From Syncephalis fuscata S228 (Eukaryota > Fungi > Zoopagomycota), in contig JAHLTZ010000001.1 in assembly GCA_025786725.1 (NCBI GenBank), positions 310,001 through 374,000 on the forward strand: DNA of 64,000 bases, in the 5' to 3' direction. Of this stretch, positions 50,974 to 62,900 are shown one piece after another. Each line of letters begins with the position of its first letter. Position 1 is the first letter of the stretch. The translations under genes and the position numbers were made by a program. The notes under the pieces are model-generated. The model was not told the origin of the DNA. It made no database searches and saw only the letters and a list, made by a program, of their open reading frames with translations.

Positions 50974-52899
50974 CTAAGTAAGTAGTGATATGCCTGTGTT
51001 GGATGGTGCCATATGTGCCGGTAATTTATCAGGCAGTTCGCCGCCTTGCTGTGCCATTTTAGTATAATGCATTGCTAGAACATATTGGGCTGCATCGAGA
51101 CTACCATCGGCATCCCAGTCGGCCAATCGCCAAATGTGGGCAAGCGTATCTTGAGGAAGCTGTGTCTCTTCAAGGATTGGTCGCGCATCAGCACCACTTA
51201 ATTTACCCTTTGGACAAATACGTTGGAATTCAAGTAAATAGCGCTGTCGATCACTTGGTGTAATCTGGCCCGATGGGATGGTGGTGTAAATGTCTGGCCG
51301 GACTGTGCACTGCTAAATGGATTATTAGCCTCAACTTGACTAGCTGATGGTCCTTCTTCCTTAAAAGCATCTATAAAATTCATTAATAGCTTGGTCATTT
51401 ATAAAACAAATAATAGTAAAACAACACTTACCATGAGGAAAATTGCCCATAATTCGCGGGAAATCGACCGATAATGCCTATAATAATAACAATAATAAAT
51501 AAATAATAGATAAAACTGTTAATATCGTTATTATACTTACCGTTTCTAGTGCGGCAACCAGTTTTGGTTCCAATGAACTAAACTTGTTGAATTTATAGCC
51601 TTGTAAACATTTACGGAACACTTCAGGATTGGGGAAATCACCAGGCGATAGCTTGTACTTGCGTTGCAATTCTTCAAATACACCTGGCATATTCTTTTCT
51701 AACGCAGCTTGCTTTGAGTTCTTACCAAACATTGCTGGCATTTCTTTTTTCAAATGGCCAATAATATAAGCGTGCACCTATTACATACAATAAACGATTG
51801 TTAATTTGCATTTCATATCAGTGTGCCTTGTATTATTAAACACCTTTGCATTGCGTGCTCGTTTCACCAGCTCATTAACTCGTCGAACTGCTGCATTCCT
51901 TGGCAACATCTCTAAATCTTTCATCAAGTCTCGCTGTTCCGCTTCAATGATCTCTCGACAATCTTCGTAACGATTGTGCGGCGGGTCGGACCAGAATGAG
52001 CCGAGATAAACACGCATAACCTCTGGCGAGTTAACAACCTTGCCTAGAGACCACATAAGTGCACCGTATCTATAGTATAATAAAAATAGCTGTTAATATA
52101 TGACTTATTGCACCATGCAATCTACTTACACTCGTAGCAATTGTTGGCCCGGTACTTGATCCGACTTATTAAGAATGACTCGGATTTTATCCTCGTGTCC
52201 GCGTAGTGTTTGAATCGCAAGTTTAAATTCGTCAGAAATATCGAGTTTATTGCCGTCAAATAGCATTATAATTAGATCGGATCGTTCAGCAAACCATGAC
52301 GTCACTTGTGAAAAGTCGTAGCCGCGCGATGCTAGTCGTTGTTTATCGCCCGACAGAATACCTGGCGTATCAATCAGTGTAAATTGACGTAATAATGGAT
52401 GATTGATTTGTGAGACTTGGAAGCGTGACAATAATGTTGTGCCAAAGCGCTGTAGGCCACCAAATGGTAGTTCAGCCGATACAGCTGCCGCATTACCGGG
52501 AATTACTCGATCTTCAGGACCATCCATAATTGCCACGAATCGATCGGTAGTTGGCTCCATACCGATATGTGCGCCTGGATATTCACGGCCCAGCAAATGC
52601 TGAATAAACGTCGTCTTGCCGACCGAGTACTGACCAAGTAGCAATACCATTGGCTTTGCCTCGATATCCTTTTGGGTAAGTGGTGCTGAGTGGAATCCTT
52701 CAAAGTGATAATTCTCTTCAAGTGGACGTATCTTCTTGCGATACACTGTATGAAGTTCAGAAAGCAGCGCATTGTAGCGCTCGTCTGTGTTTATTTCCAC
52801 TGTACGGCCATGATATGAGGACGATGATTTCGACATGGTCGGTGCTGTATCTGATTTCATACTACCGGTAAAGAAGCCACGTCGTAGTTTTTCTGTCAT
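50974..52899 (-). CDS. EHD1: EHD/RME-1/Past1 dynamin-like ATPase with a C-terminal EH domain
   Basis: KPMVLLLGQYSVGKTTFI, GMEPTTDRF, IPGNA, IDTPGILSG, KLDISDEF, LNKSD, MWSLGKV..PEV.RVY.GSFW; EH domain LSGADARP..LAHIWRLADWDADG. Confidence 0.95.
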
Positions 52900-52931
52900 T
52901 CCGTTATGACAATAAGAATAGCAATAGTGCC

Positions 52932-52964
<33 letters not shown>
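52932..52964. repeat. (AAT)n microsatellite in the EHD 5' region
   Basis: About 11 consecutive AAT units. Confidence 0.85.
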
Positions 52965-52965
<1 letters not shown>

Positions 52966-53489
52966 GTTTTAATAGCAATGATAGGGTCAATGACCGTGGC
53001 CGTAGAGTTAAAAGGAGCGAGATAAAAGAAAGAAAAACAAGCCGTTAATTCATTAGGAAACTATAGTGACGGCGTGCTCCAGATGCATCTGTATGTGTTC
53101 AGAGGCACGTGTACGCCTTGCCCGTATATTTTACTCACCTGAACTGGTCTAAACGCGTGTGATAGCCAAAGTAGGAAAACAAATGGCTGCGAATATAGAA
53201 AGAAAATGAGCTGCTAGTATCATCGCTGTTACTTGGTACAGCAGGTTGTAGTTGATGTAAGACATAAATGTTTCATTTAAAAGAGTGGTAATAGACTGCG
53301 TAAAAATGCTATTATTATTGCAGATCTTCTTACACGAATGATATTCATGACTTGTTTATTTAGCAATAATAAAACTCCATATAGCAAAAATAGCAGCTAG
53401 CCTTATTGTTTATGCATAGTCTAAATTGAGGAAAATCTCATATTTGGATTTTGGTGAATCAAAGTATTACTGTTTAAATTCGTCAATTT

Positions 53490-54581
53490 TCAAGCTATAT
53501 TTAAATCATTAATCCGTCGGCTTGATAACATATTATTTCTTATTTCATCTTTTGTGTCATTAAGCCTGGATTTAATACGATAAGCATATCTTTTTACATC
53601 GTAATACAAAAATTTATAGTTGAGTTGACCATAGTCAGAAAACTCCTTTAGACTAATGTCGCAGTATTTAACAATTGCTTCGATTGCAATCTCGTACTCT
53701 GCTATGTAAGACCTCAAAATCGTTATTATTTCTTCATAGTCGTTATTATTTGCTTGACTGCAATTAGCCGTTTCATCGGATGTAATCGTGGTTGCTTTGC
53801 AATGGCAAGTATTTAAGCTAGAATTCTCAGCATGGTGTTTGATTTCTTGCTGCAAATCTATTTCGCGTTTTTCTAGTTCTTTTTCTTTTTCTTTATATCT
53901 ATGTTCTAGCTGTTCTTCTTTTATCAAATAACTGCTTTCTAACTCAGCTTGTCTTTTAAGATAATTATAATTTGGTCTTGCTCCTGTTCCGCAATAATTT
54001 CTTTTTATTTCAATTTGTTTTTTGTAATATTCAAGTTCTAGTTGTTTTTCTTTTTTATAATCATTTTTAGTTCTTTTTGTTTCTTTTGCTCTTCGTTTGG
54101 CTGCTCTTCTTTTTCTTTATAGTTGCTTTCCAGTTTAATTTGTTTTTTCCACTTTTCTTCTAGCCTTTCTTCTTGCTCTTTAACCTTGGATTCCAATATC
54201 TTAACTCTAGTCTGTAGCTCCTTATTGAGCAGTATCAAATCAATATTTTTTGTTTCATTTAGTTCATTAATCTGCTGTATTTTTTCCTCATATAACTTGA
54301 CGATTGCTTAACACAATATTGGTTAAAATCTATTAAATTATTAAATTTATATTGTGTAAATATTTATCCACTGACCTTGTTTTATATTGCTTGTTGTAGA
54401 TTTTACAAGCAAATTTGTATTTTTTTTACTGCTTTTTCATTTGTTCCATCCAATATCTTAGGATTTATTTGAACAACTTTATTGCTGAAACAGTCTTTGA
54501 GGTACTTGTCTAAGCTATCTATATCCAACTGCTATTATAAGTTACAATAATAACTGTGCTCTACAGACATTTTACCTTCAT
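53490..54581 (-). CDS. Hendecad-repeat coiled-coil family, copy C (frameshifted as assembled)
   Basis: ATG AAG|GTAAAA; homologous exons; repeats KQIKLESNYKE/KEEQ; C-terminal LNTCHCKA...SYIAEYEIAI..YCD. Confidence 0.7.
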
Positions 54582-55429
54582 TGCGCAAAGCGTAGTAGTA
54601 GACAGATTAATAACAATGTATACTAAAATTCAGGATTTTCACAATAAAGAAAGAAATACTATTAAATAAATTGGCAATGATTTAGCTATTGAATTTTGAA
54701 AATAACTAAATAAAATTTAAAAACAAAGGAGTCACGACACTATATCCTGAACGTCATAATAGTTACACCAATATGCATATTATGGCCAAAAGGAGTAACA
54801 TTATGGTTAATTACGTTGTTTATAAGTATTCTGAAATATGATAAAAATTATACTGCATGATAAGGGTATGAAATACAACTAATATAGCTACATTTTAAAT
54901 GTTCTTATGCATGTCTTACGTAGCTTTTTTACTTTAGCGTCAAGTTGTAGCAGACCAAATTTACTGCTATATAACATTAATGCAAATACTGATAATGGCT
55001 GTATACTAAATAGCTATATTATATAATTAGGCAATGCTAGCATAGGCAATATTTGGCAGTTTTTAAATAAACTTCAAATAGTTTCAAAAAGTCAAAACAT
55101 CATCACAGTATCTAAAGAAATCAAAATGATAACAAATTAAGTGTAACGTTAATAGTAATAAATCATCTATACTGATACAATAGCCTAAATTAACAGCAAT
55201 AACTATACCAATAAGATACTACAACAAAAAGTACCAGCTATAATTGAAAGCCAATTTGTAAAGTAGTATGATAGCCTGTCTAAAGGCGTTGTAATTAATA
55301 TTAATTTAAAAGCAAATAGCATAATACAATACATCCTAGATGAAGGAATAAATTCTAATTTAAATAAATATGTTTAAACAATTCATTATACAACAAGAAC
55401 TAACATTAGTTTTATTGCGCATTTATAAG

Positions 55430-56679
55430 TTAAATAATTTCTTCATCTTTGTGATTTGAAAAAACAATAAAATGCTGTTGTTTATACTCCTCAATCTTTG
55501 GGATTATACGTAGATCTTTAATAAATCGGTTTGACGATATATCTTTTCTTATTATATTTTTTATGCTAACAAGCCCAGATCTTATAGCATTGCAATTGTT
55601 TTTTATACAATATTCTAAAAGTTTATGACTGGATGGGAAGGAATCAGAGGGCATTTCTAGAATGTTATTGCAATAATTAAAAAGCGAATCAACTGCCATC
55701 TCGTATTGTGCTATGTAAGCAACTAAAATTGCCGCCATATCCTCGCAGGCATTATTATTTGTTTGATTGTAATAAATCGTTTCTTTGGATGTACTTGCAA
55801 TTGCTTTGCAATAACATGTATTTAAATTAGAATTTTTTGCAAAATGCTTCTCCCTTTGCTGCAGTTCCATCTCGCGTTGTTCTAGTTCTAGTTCTTTTTT
55901 CTTATATTTGTGTTCTAGCTGTTCTTCTTTTTCTCGATAGTTGCTTTTCAGTTCAATTTGCTTTATAATATGACCATACTCTGGGGTTTCTTCTTTTTTT
56001 CGATACCTTTCTTCTAATTCGACTTGTTTTTTATAATATTTAAATTCTAGTTGCTTTTCTTTTTCCTTATAGCTGTTTTCTAGCTCAATTTCTTTTTCGC
56101 AATATTTCTCTATCTGCTTATCTTCTTTTCGCCAATAGCTACTTTCCAGTTCTTTCCTTCTCTCATTATATTCGTGTTTTAGCTTGCTTCTAGTTCAATT
56201 TGTTTCATGCAATACTCATGTTCTAGCTGCTCTTCTTTTTTCTGGTAGCTATTTTCTAGTTCATTTTGTTTCTTACTCTTGCTTTCCAACGTCTCAGATC
56301 TATTATGTGGTTGGATATTAAGTAGCTCCAAATTATTATTTTTTGCTTTATTTAGTTCGTTGCGTAAGTACTCATTATCCTCGTGCAATCCGATAATCAG
56401 CTCAATATAATATTGACTAAAATCTATTAAATTATATGAGTTTGTATTATGCAAAGATTTGCTTGCTAACCTTGTTTTATATTGTTTGTTGTAGCTTCTA
56501 AAAGCAAAGTTGCATTTTCTTTTACTGCCTCTTCGTTTTTTACATTTAGTATTTTTGAATTCATCTGGGCAACACTAGTACTGACGTAATCTCCAAGAAA
56601 TTTACAAACATTATTTATATCCAGCTGCCATATGGTAAGCTATAATAATAACTATGCTCCGTAAATATTTTACCTTCAT
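55430..56679 (-). CDS. Hendecad-repeat coiled-coil family, copy D (longest repeat array; at least one 1-bp deletion, near 56187)
   Basis: ATG AAG|GTAAAA; about 11-12 eleven-residue units; C-terminal LNTCYCKA...AYIAQYEMA..YCN. Confidence 0.75.
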
Positions 56680-57097
56680 TGTGTAAAGCATAATAGTAAA
56701 CAGGCTAGTAATAGATATAATAAAATTTAAATTCTTGCATTAAAGAAAAAAAATTAATACGAAAATAATAATGGCTTAAATATTGGCTATTGAAAACAAA
56801 TAAGTTCAAAAATAAAGGAGTACAACACTCTTTTTAAATATTAAAGTAACCATGACAGTACACAAATTGATTAAAGAACAACAATACGCTTAATCGCATT
56901 ACCCGTAAAGGGTTTGTTATGTAATAAATGTGTTTAATTTTTATTAAGAATGAGCTTAAAATAATATAAAATCGTAGAGTTTTATTTTAAAATTTATTTC
57001 CAATACAAATATGAAATAGAACCAAAAGGCATCGAATTCAGTGTTTGATTTGCAGTTAATCAATTCTTAACAACAGTTATATATAAAATATATAAAA

Positions 57098-58173
57098 TTA
57101 ATTAATTTTAAATTCAATCTCTGAAATTATATCTAAATCAATAATAGATTGGTTCAATAATATATCCTTTCTTATTTTATCTTGTGTAGTATTAAGCCTA
57201 GACATGATATTGTGACAACTAATCTTTACACCGTTATATAAATCTTCATAATCGATTTGGTTCTTATCAGAAGGCTCGTTTAGAATGTTATCGCAAGAAC
57301 GAACAACTGCCTCGGTTGTCATTTTGTATTGCTTTATGCAAGACGCCAAAATCATTGCCATGTCTTTGTAGTCATTATTATTTTCTTGACAGCAACTATC
57401 TATTTCCTTGGATGTACTTGCAGCTGCTCTGCAATAGCATGTATATAAACTAGAATCTCCAATCGCATGCTTCTTTCCTTGCTGCAATTCTATTTTACGT
57501 TTTCCCAGCTGCTCTTCTTTTTCCTTATAGCTGTTTTCTAGCTCAATTTCTTTTTCGCAATATTTCTCTATCTGCTTATCTTCTTTTCGCCAATAGCTAC
57601 TTTCCAGTTCTTTTCTTCTCTCATTATATTCGTGTTTTAGCTTGCGTTCTAGTTCAATTTGTTTCATGCAATACTCATGTTCTAGCTGCTCTTCTTTTTT
57701 CTGACAGTTGTCTTGTATTTTAACTTGCATTTTCTGTTCTTTTTTTAGCTGCTTTTTTAGCTCTTTGATCTTAGCTTTTAACACTTCGGCTTTACTCTGT
57801 AATTCTTTGTTAAACAGCTCCGAACCAGCACTTTTTGTTTTGCTTAGTTCATCGCGTAGCTGTCCATTTTCCTCATACAGCTGAATAATTTTCTTAGCAA
57901 CATAGCAGTAATTAGAATCTATTGAATTGTATAAGCTGTGATGTATAAACGCTTGTTTACTGACCTTGTTTTTTGTTGTTTGTTGTAGGTCCTACAAGCG
58001 AATTCTTGTTTTCATTTACTGCTTCTTCATTTGTTCCATTCAATAACTCGGAATTCATATGAACGACACTGATATCTAAGTAATCTTTGTGATTTTTATC
58101 AGTGCTGTACGAATCCAACTATCGCGTGATAAGTTGCAATAATAACATTATTTTATAATTATCTTACCACCAT
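57098..58173 (-). CDS. Hendecad-repeat coiled-coil family, copy E (intact, 3 exons)
   Basis: MV|LDSYSTDKNHKDYLDISVVHMNSELLNGTNEEAVNENKNSLVGPTTNNKKQ|DSNYCYVAKKIIQLYEENGQLRDEL... reads in frame into the 228-aa ORF with canonical GT-AG introns. Confidence 0.85.
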
Positions 58174-58398
58174 TGCGTAAAACTTAGCAGTAGAAAAGCT
58201 AATGGCAGTGTATAATAAAATTCAAGTTTTTTGCAATGAAGAGAGAGAATATTATTAGGTAAATTAACAATGACTTAAATGCTGACTTTTAAAAGTAAAT
58301 AAATGAGCTTCAAGAATAAGGAAGTCACAACACTCTTCTAGACACACAATAGTCACGTCAGTATAAAGACTTATGATTGAAAGGGGTAACGTTGTACG

Positions 58399-59321
58399 CA
58401 ATCACATTGTCCATAAAGATTCTGGAATATGCTAGGATTACCTTATTTTACATTAACAAAGACACGGGACACAATGAAGTAATATAAATATTTTTGGAGT
58501 TTTAGCTTAATGCTACATAGTTAGTATGCAGCAAATTGAATGTACAATTTACTGTGGGTCAAATTATTAGCAACGATCATATACGAAATAAATAAATAAA
58601 ATGGGTAGTATGCACTACAATCCATGCCGTGTCAAACCAACGATTTATCTAGTTACAATAAATTTTAGGTATTCTATGTACATCTTACACAACTTGGCTA
58701 CTTTATTATTGTAATTGTGGTACAAAGTATTATGTTACTGCACAGCACCAATTTTCTATTTATTTTGGTTTATTTATTTGGTTTGTTTACCTTTAATAGT
58801 GTATCAAAAACTGCATATTCTATAGGTAAGCTTGCTGTCAGAATGAACGAATGTTATTCATTATTACTTACTTTTAACACACTTGCTATTCGACTGCCAC
58901 TTACCGTACATAATTATAAAGACAGTGTGCAAATTGTATAGCCGACAATCTACGCCGCTACCTTCCTTAATATCTTCAGCGTCTTTACTTTAGATTTATT
59001 TCTAGTATGTAGCTGTAAAGCTGAGCAATATTACTTTAATATTTTTATTTTTATGCTGCTTTTACTAGCGTACCATGCTGTAGCCGGTATTAGTGCTTGT
59101 CATAACATTAACCGAGTATTCTGACTATGTTTCCTATCAATCTACATTTAAAAGCGTATCTTTTAGATAATGACTACATCAAATAAATGACCGCATACAT
59201 TTCTACCATTCATATGTTTGCTAGTAGTACAAATAACCAACACTGACAGCTATTTTTGTATGATTGTGCTGGTTATGGAATATTAGTGCTGTTTGTGTTC
59301 GTATTGTTCTACATTATACTA
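58399..59321. repeat. ~930-bp direct repeat, copy 2, upstream of family copy E
   Basis: Matches 46771-47698 with few substitutions and indels. Confidence 0.95.
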
Positions 59322-59928
59322 GAAATAAAAGTGCATTTTTCTATTATTATAGCAATAATTAATACATTTATACACTTGCATACACTAATAATAAATTAAT
59401 CAATGGGAGTTTAATGGTTGCTTTGTGGTGATCAGTCTACATTGAAGCTAAAAGTGAATTATGGCACTATGCATAGATATACGTCATTGATGATAGATGG
59501 ACTAATAAGTGTGTGTTAATGCAATGTAATGCACAGAAATAATGAAAGAAGAAATGAGAGAGAGAAATAAATCAACGACTATTTATACTATACGACAAAT
59601 CATCTACATACAACCACTTTAATGTCCAGTATAGTATAAATAGACATTAAACACACACGCTTGTGCATATCTACCACCATATAAACGTATTACCTAAAAG
59701 CACATGTAGCCAATAATTACACTTACAGATACACATACATCATCATTATAGTTATTATTATACGAGAAGAGCAAAGTAATAAAAAAAGAAAAGGAAAGTC
59801 CTTAATAGACAACTATTAAGGAATATAATAGCAGGATACACAGATATCGCGTATAATAGAAGTAGAAAACAAAAGAAGAATGAAATCTTATCAGTAAGTT
59901 ATATTCTCCTAATCATCTATAATACAGA

Positions 59929-62900
59929 TTAGAAACGACGAGCTGATAGTGATGGTGAACGTATATCATCTATCGGTGCTGTTGACTTAGCCATATTATG
60001 ATGATTGGATCGTAATGATGTTGCTGTTGCTGTCGTATCTGTTTTAAACAGACCATGGGTGGTTACATTACTGTACTGCTGAGAAGCAGATGGAAACGTG
60101 CGAGATGAAGCAAGACCCGAATAAGCACCATTGGCAAAAGAGCTAGTAATCGTACGGGCCCTCGTATGACGCGTACCATTTGGTGTTGTAGGTGTAGTTA
60201 CTGCAGAGGCTGGCAGTGTTGTTGCAGTGGTTGGTGTAGTCGATGATACTGTAAAGAACGAGCCGGTACGTGTTGATGGACTAATTAATTGACTAAGTGC
60301 TCGTTGTCTACGAATAGAGCCATGGCTGACTATACCATTTGAATTGGATAGCTTGTTCATTTCCATGCCTGCTGTATCTGATACAAATTGTGATACAGCA
60401 GACAATGGCACGTCATTTACTTGTTCATGATCAGATACCGGTGTTGGTAGCTGTAACGGTGTAGGAATAGCGCGGCCATTAGCCGATAGTTTACCGGATA
60501 TACCGCCAGTTACTCTAAATAGACGTGTTGGTGTACCTCGAGGGCTTTCATTCACTGGTGTGCTACTACCGCCATTATTTGTTTGGCTAGTAACTGCACG
60601 ATCGTTTAATGGTAATATGGCAGGTGAGCGGGCTCGTGGTACACCAGCTGACAATCCAAGTAATACATCAGTTAAGCCGCGTACAATCTGTTCACTATCA
60701 CGCCATAGATCGATGGCAGCTTGACTGGCCTCAGCTGTATGACCTTTACGTAAATCAGTACTAACTTGACGTAGAATACGATCCAATCGAATTGAACTTT
60801 CAACCACTTCATCAAGTCGCGACTCAACGCTAGGACCGGCAAATTGTGCATCGTTACTGCCTGGATTCAAGTATTGATTGGTATCATTAAGTGAAGATGA
60901 AGTAACTGGGCCCAAATGCGGTGACAATGAAACACCAGCTGGTAAATTGGTATCCAATGGCTGTCGTTGGCCATCTAAAACAGAAAGTAATGAACGTGTT
61001 GGTGTTTGTAGACCAGCTGAATTATTACCGCTATTATTGCTTAATGTAGTGGATGTGCGGCGAGCTGTGCAAAACTCTTGCTGGGCCCGTACTAATAATT
61101 TCTGAGCACGTGTACAAATGCCATCCACAGCATTGACTTCTGTATTGCCACTGTTTAGTCCATTAAGTCGTGATGATACCAAAGATGGTGTACGACCAGA
61201 AGAGCTATGATCGCTGGCATCATCATTACCAGTACGTGATCGGCGACTACTTGAACGTTGTAGACGAGTAGTATTGGCAATTGATACATCATCCGGTGTT
61301 GTTAGATTCATATTATTAAATCGTTCAATAAAATTAGATGAAGTTAACGAAGTGGCTCTTTCTATGCGATGGAAGCGATGTGGTGTGGTAGGCGTTGCTG
61401 TGTTTGATACTGATGTACGTCCACGAGCCAACGCCGATAAATTGCCATATCCATTATTTGTAGATGTAATATTACCATATCCATCAGTAGTAGAAGCAGT
61501 GGCGCGTGTCTCCATCAGTTCTTGTACAGCTGCGTAATCACCGGCAAGAACAGAATCAGGAAAGTCGGACATGCTACGAGCATGGGCATTTCTATCGTTG
61601 GTTGATGCAAGAATAGGACGTGATACAATACCACGTGGCGCACGTAATCCTTCAATTGAAGTACGTATTGATAAACGTGGACTATCTGCATCTGTACTAC
61701 TATCATCGGCCACTTTACCGTTAAGTGTACGAAGTGTGCCACGTACTGCACGTTTCCGTTGGTCTTGATCGCCACTGTTGCTATCACAAACAATTGCATG
61801 GTTGTCATTATCTTCTGCATCGATCGAACGTAGAATATCATCAACTGCGTCATTAGTATCTGCAGTATGGCTTGAAGCCAGTTTAGACAAGTTGGACACT
61901 GGACTAGCATTCAATTGATTTGATCTTGTCCATTGGCTGGGTAGATTAGCACGTTGTGTAGTCGATGGACTAATACTGTTCGTCGTCGATGGTCGAGATA
62001 GACTTGGTAGTGATAATGACATTGGATCCATATCGGATTTACGAAATCGTGACAAAGAGGAAGCTGAACTTGATGCTTGATGTAAGGATAAGCGACGAAT
62101 ACGTCGTTGACTATCCAATAACGATGAAACAGATGGTGTAGGTCCAGTTATTGTATACTGAGCTGCTGTGTCTTCATTCTCGTTTAGGATTGTATCAACT
62201 GTGTCATCGATCGAGTCATCAAACGGATGTGATCGCTGTTGATCCAGCGATGAACGTGCCGATGAATTAATATGAATTGAATTAGTACGCGATGATTGTT
62301 CACGCCGTAAAGAGGTGCTTCTATCGATGGACGTTGAGTATCGTTGACTCATTGCTGAATTTACTCGCATATTTGCACTTTCTTCCTCCATAATAGTTGC
62401 ATTGGCCAACGTACTCGAAGCAATTGAACTCGACGATGTACGTCGCATCATATTAACACTTGGTATACCGTGATTCATTATGACATTTGTATTGCCGATT
62501 GACGATGCTGAAACTGATGATATTGAAGTTGATGACGGTGTTGCAGTAACAACATTTTTGAGATTTGATTTTAATGTTTGTTCCATAACTTCTTCTTCTA
62601 TCTCTTCGTCTTCCGTAACACTGGCTGTTCTAGTATCATCAGCAGAAAAGTATTTTCATCTAATAAAGACGAGTGGCGTCTATGATGTTGTTGTACTGCC
62701 AGTGTTGTTTCAGCTGCATCTACTGTACTGCCACCACGTGCGCGAGCACGAGCAAGCCAATCTGCTCGTATAATACGTGTATTTGGATCAGGACTTTGTG
62801 TTTGTTCTGTTGCAATTGCTTCTTCTCTTCTTCTACATCTGCTGTAGCTATTGCCATCATTGATATATCAGCGTCTTCATCCATTAAATTCACTGGCTCT

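Noticed and set aside
55860-56280. 33-bp periodic repeats as a CRISPR-like array
   Set aside because: Degenerate in-frame coding repeats with no spacers, in a eukaryotic gene.
59290-59325. CTAG at the end of the 930-bp repeat as a Helitron terminus
   Set aside because: Present in only one copy, no GC-rich subterminal hairpin, and the other end blends into family promoter sequence.
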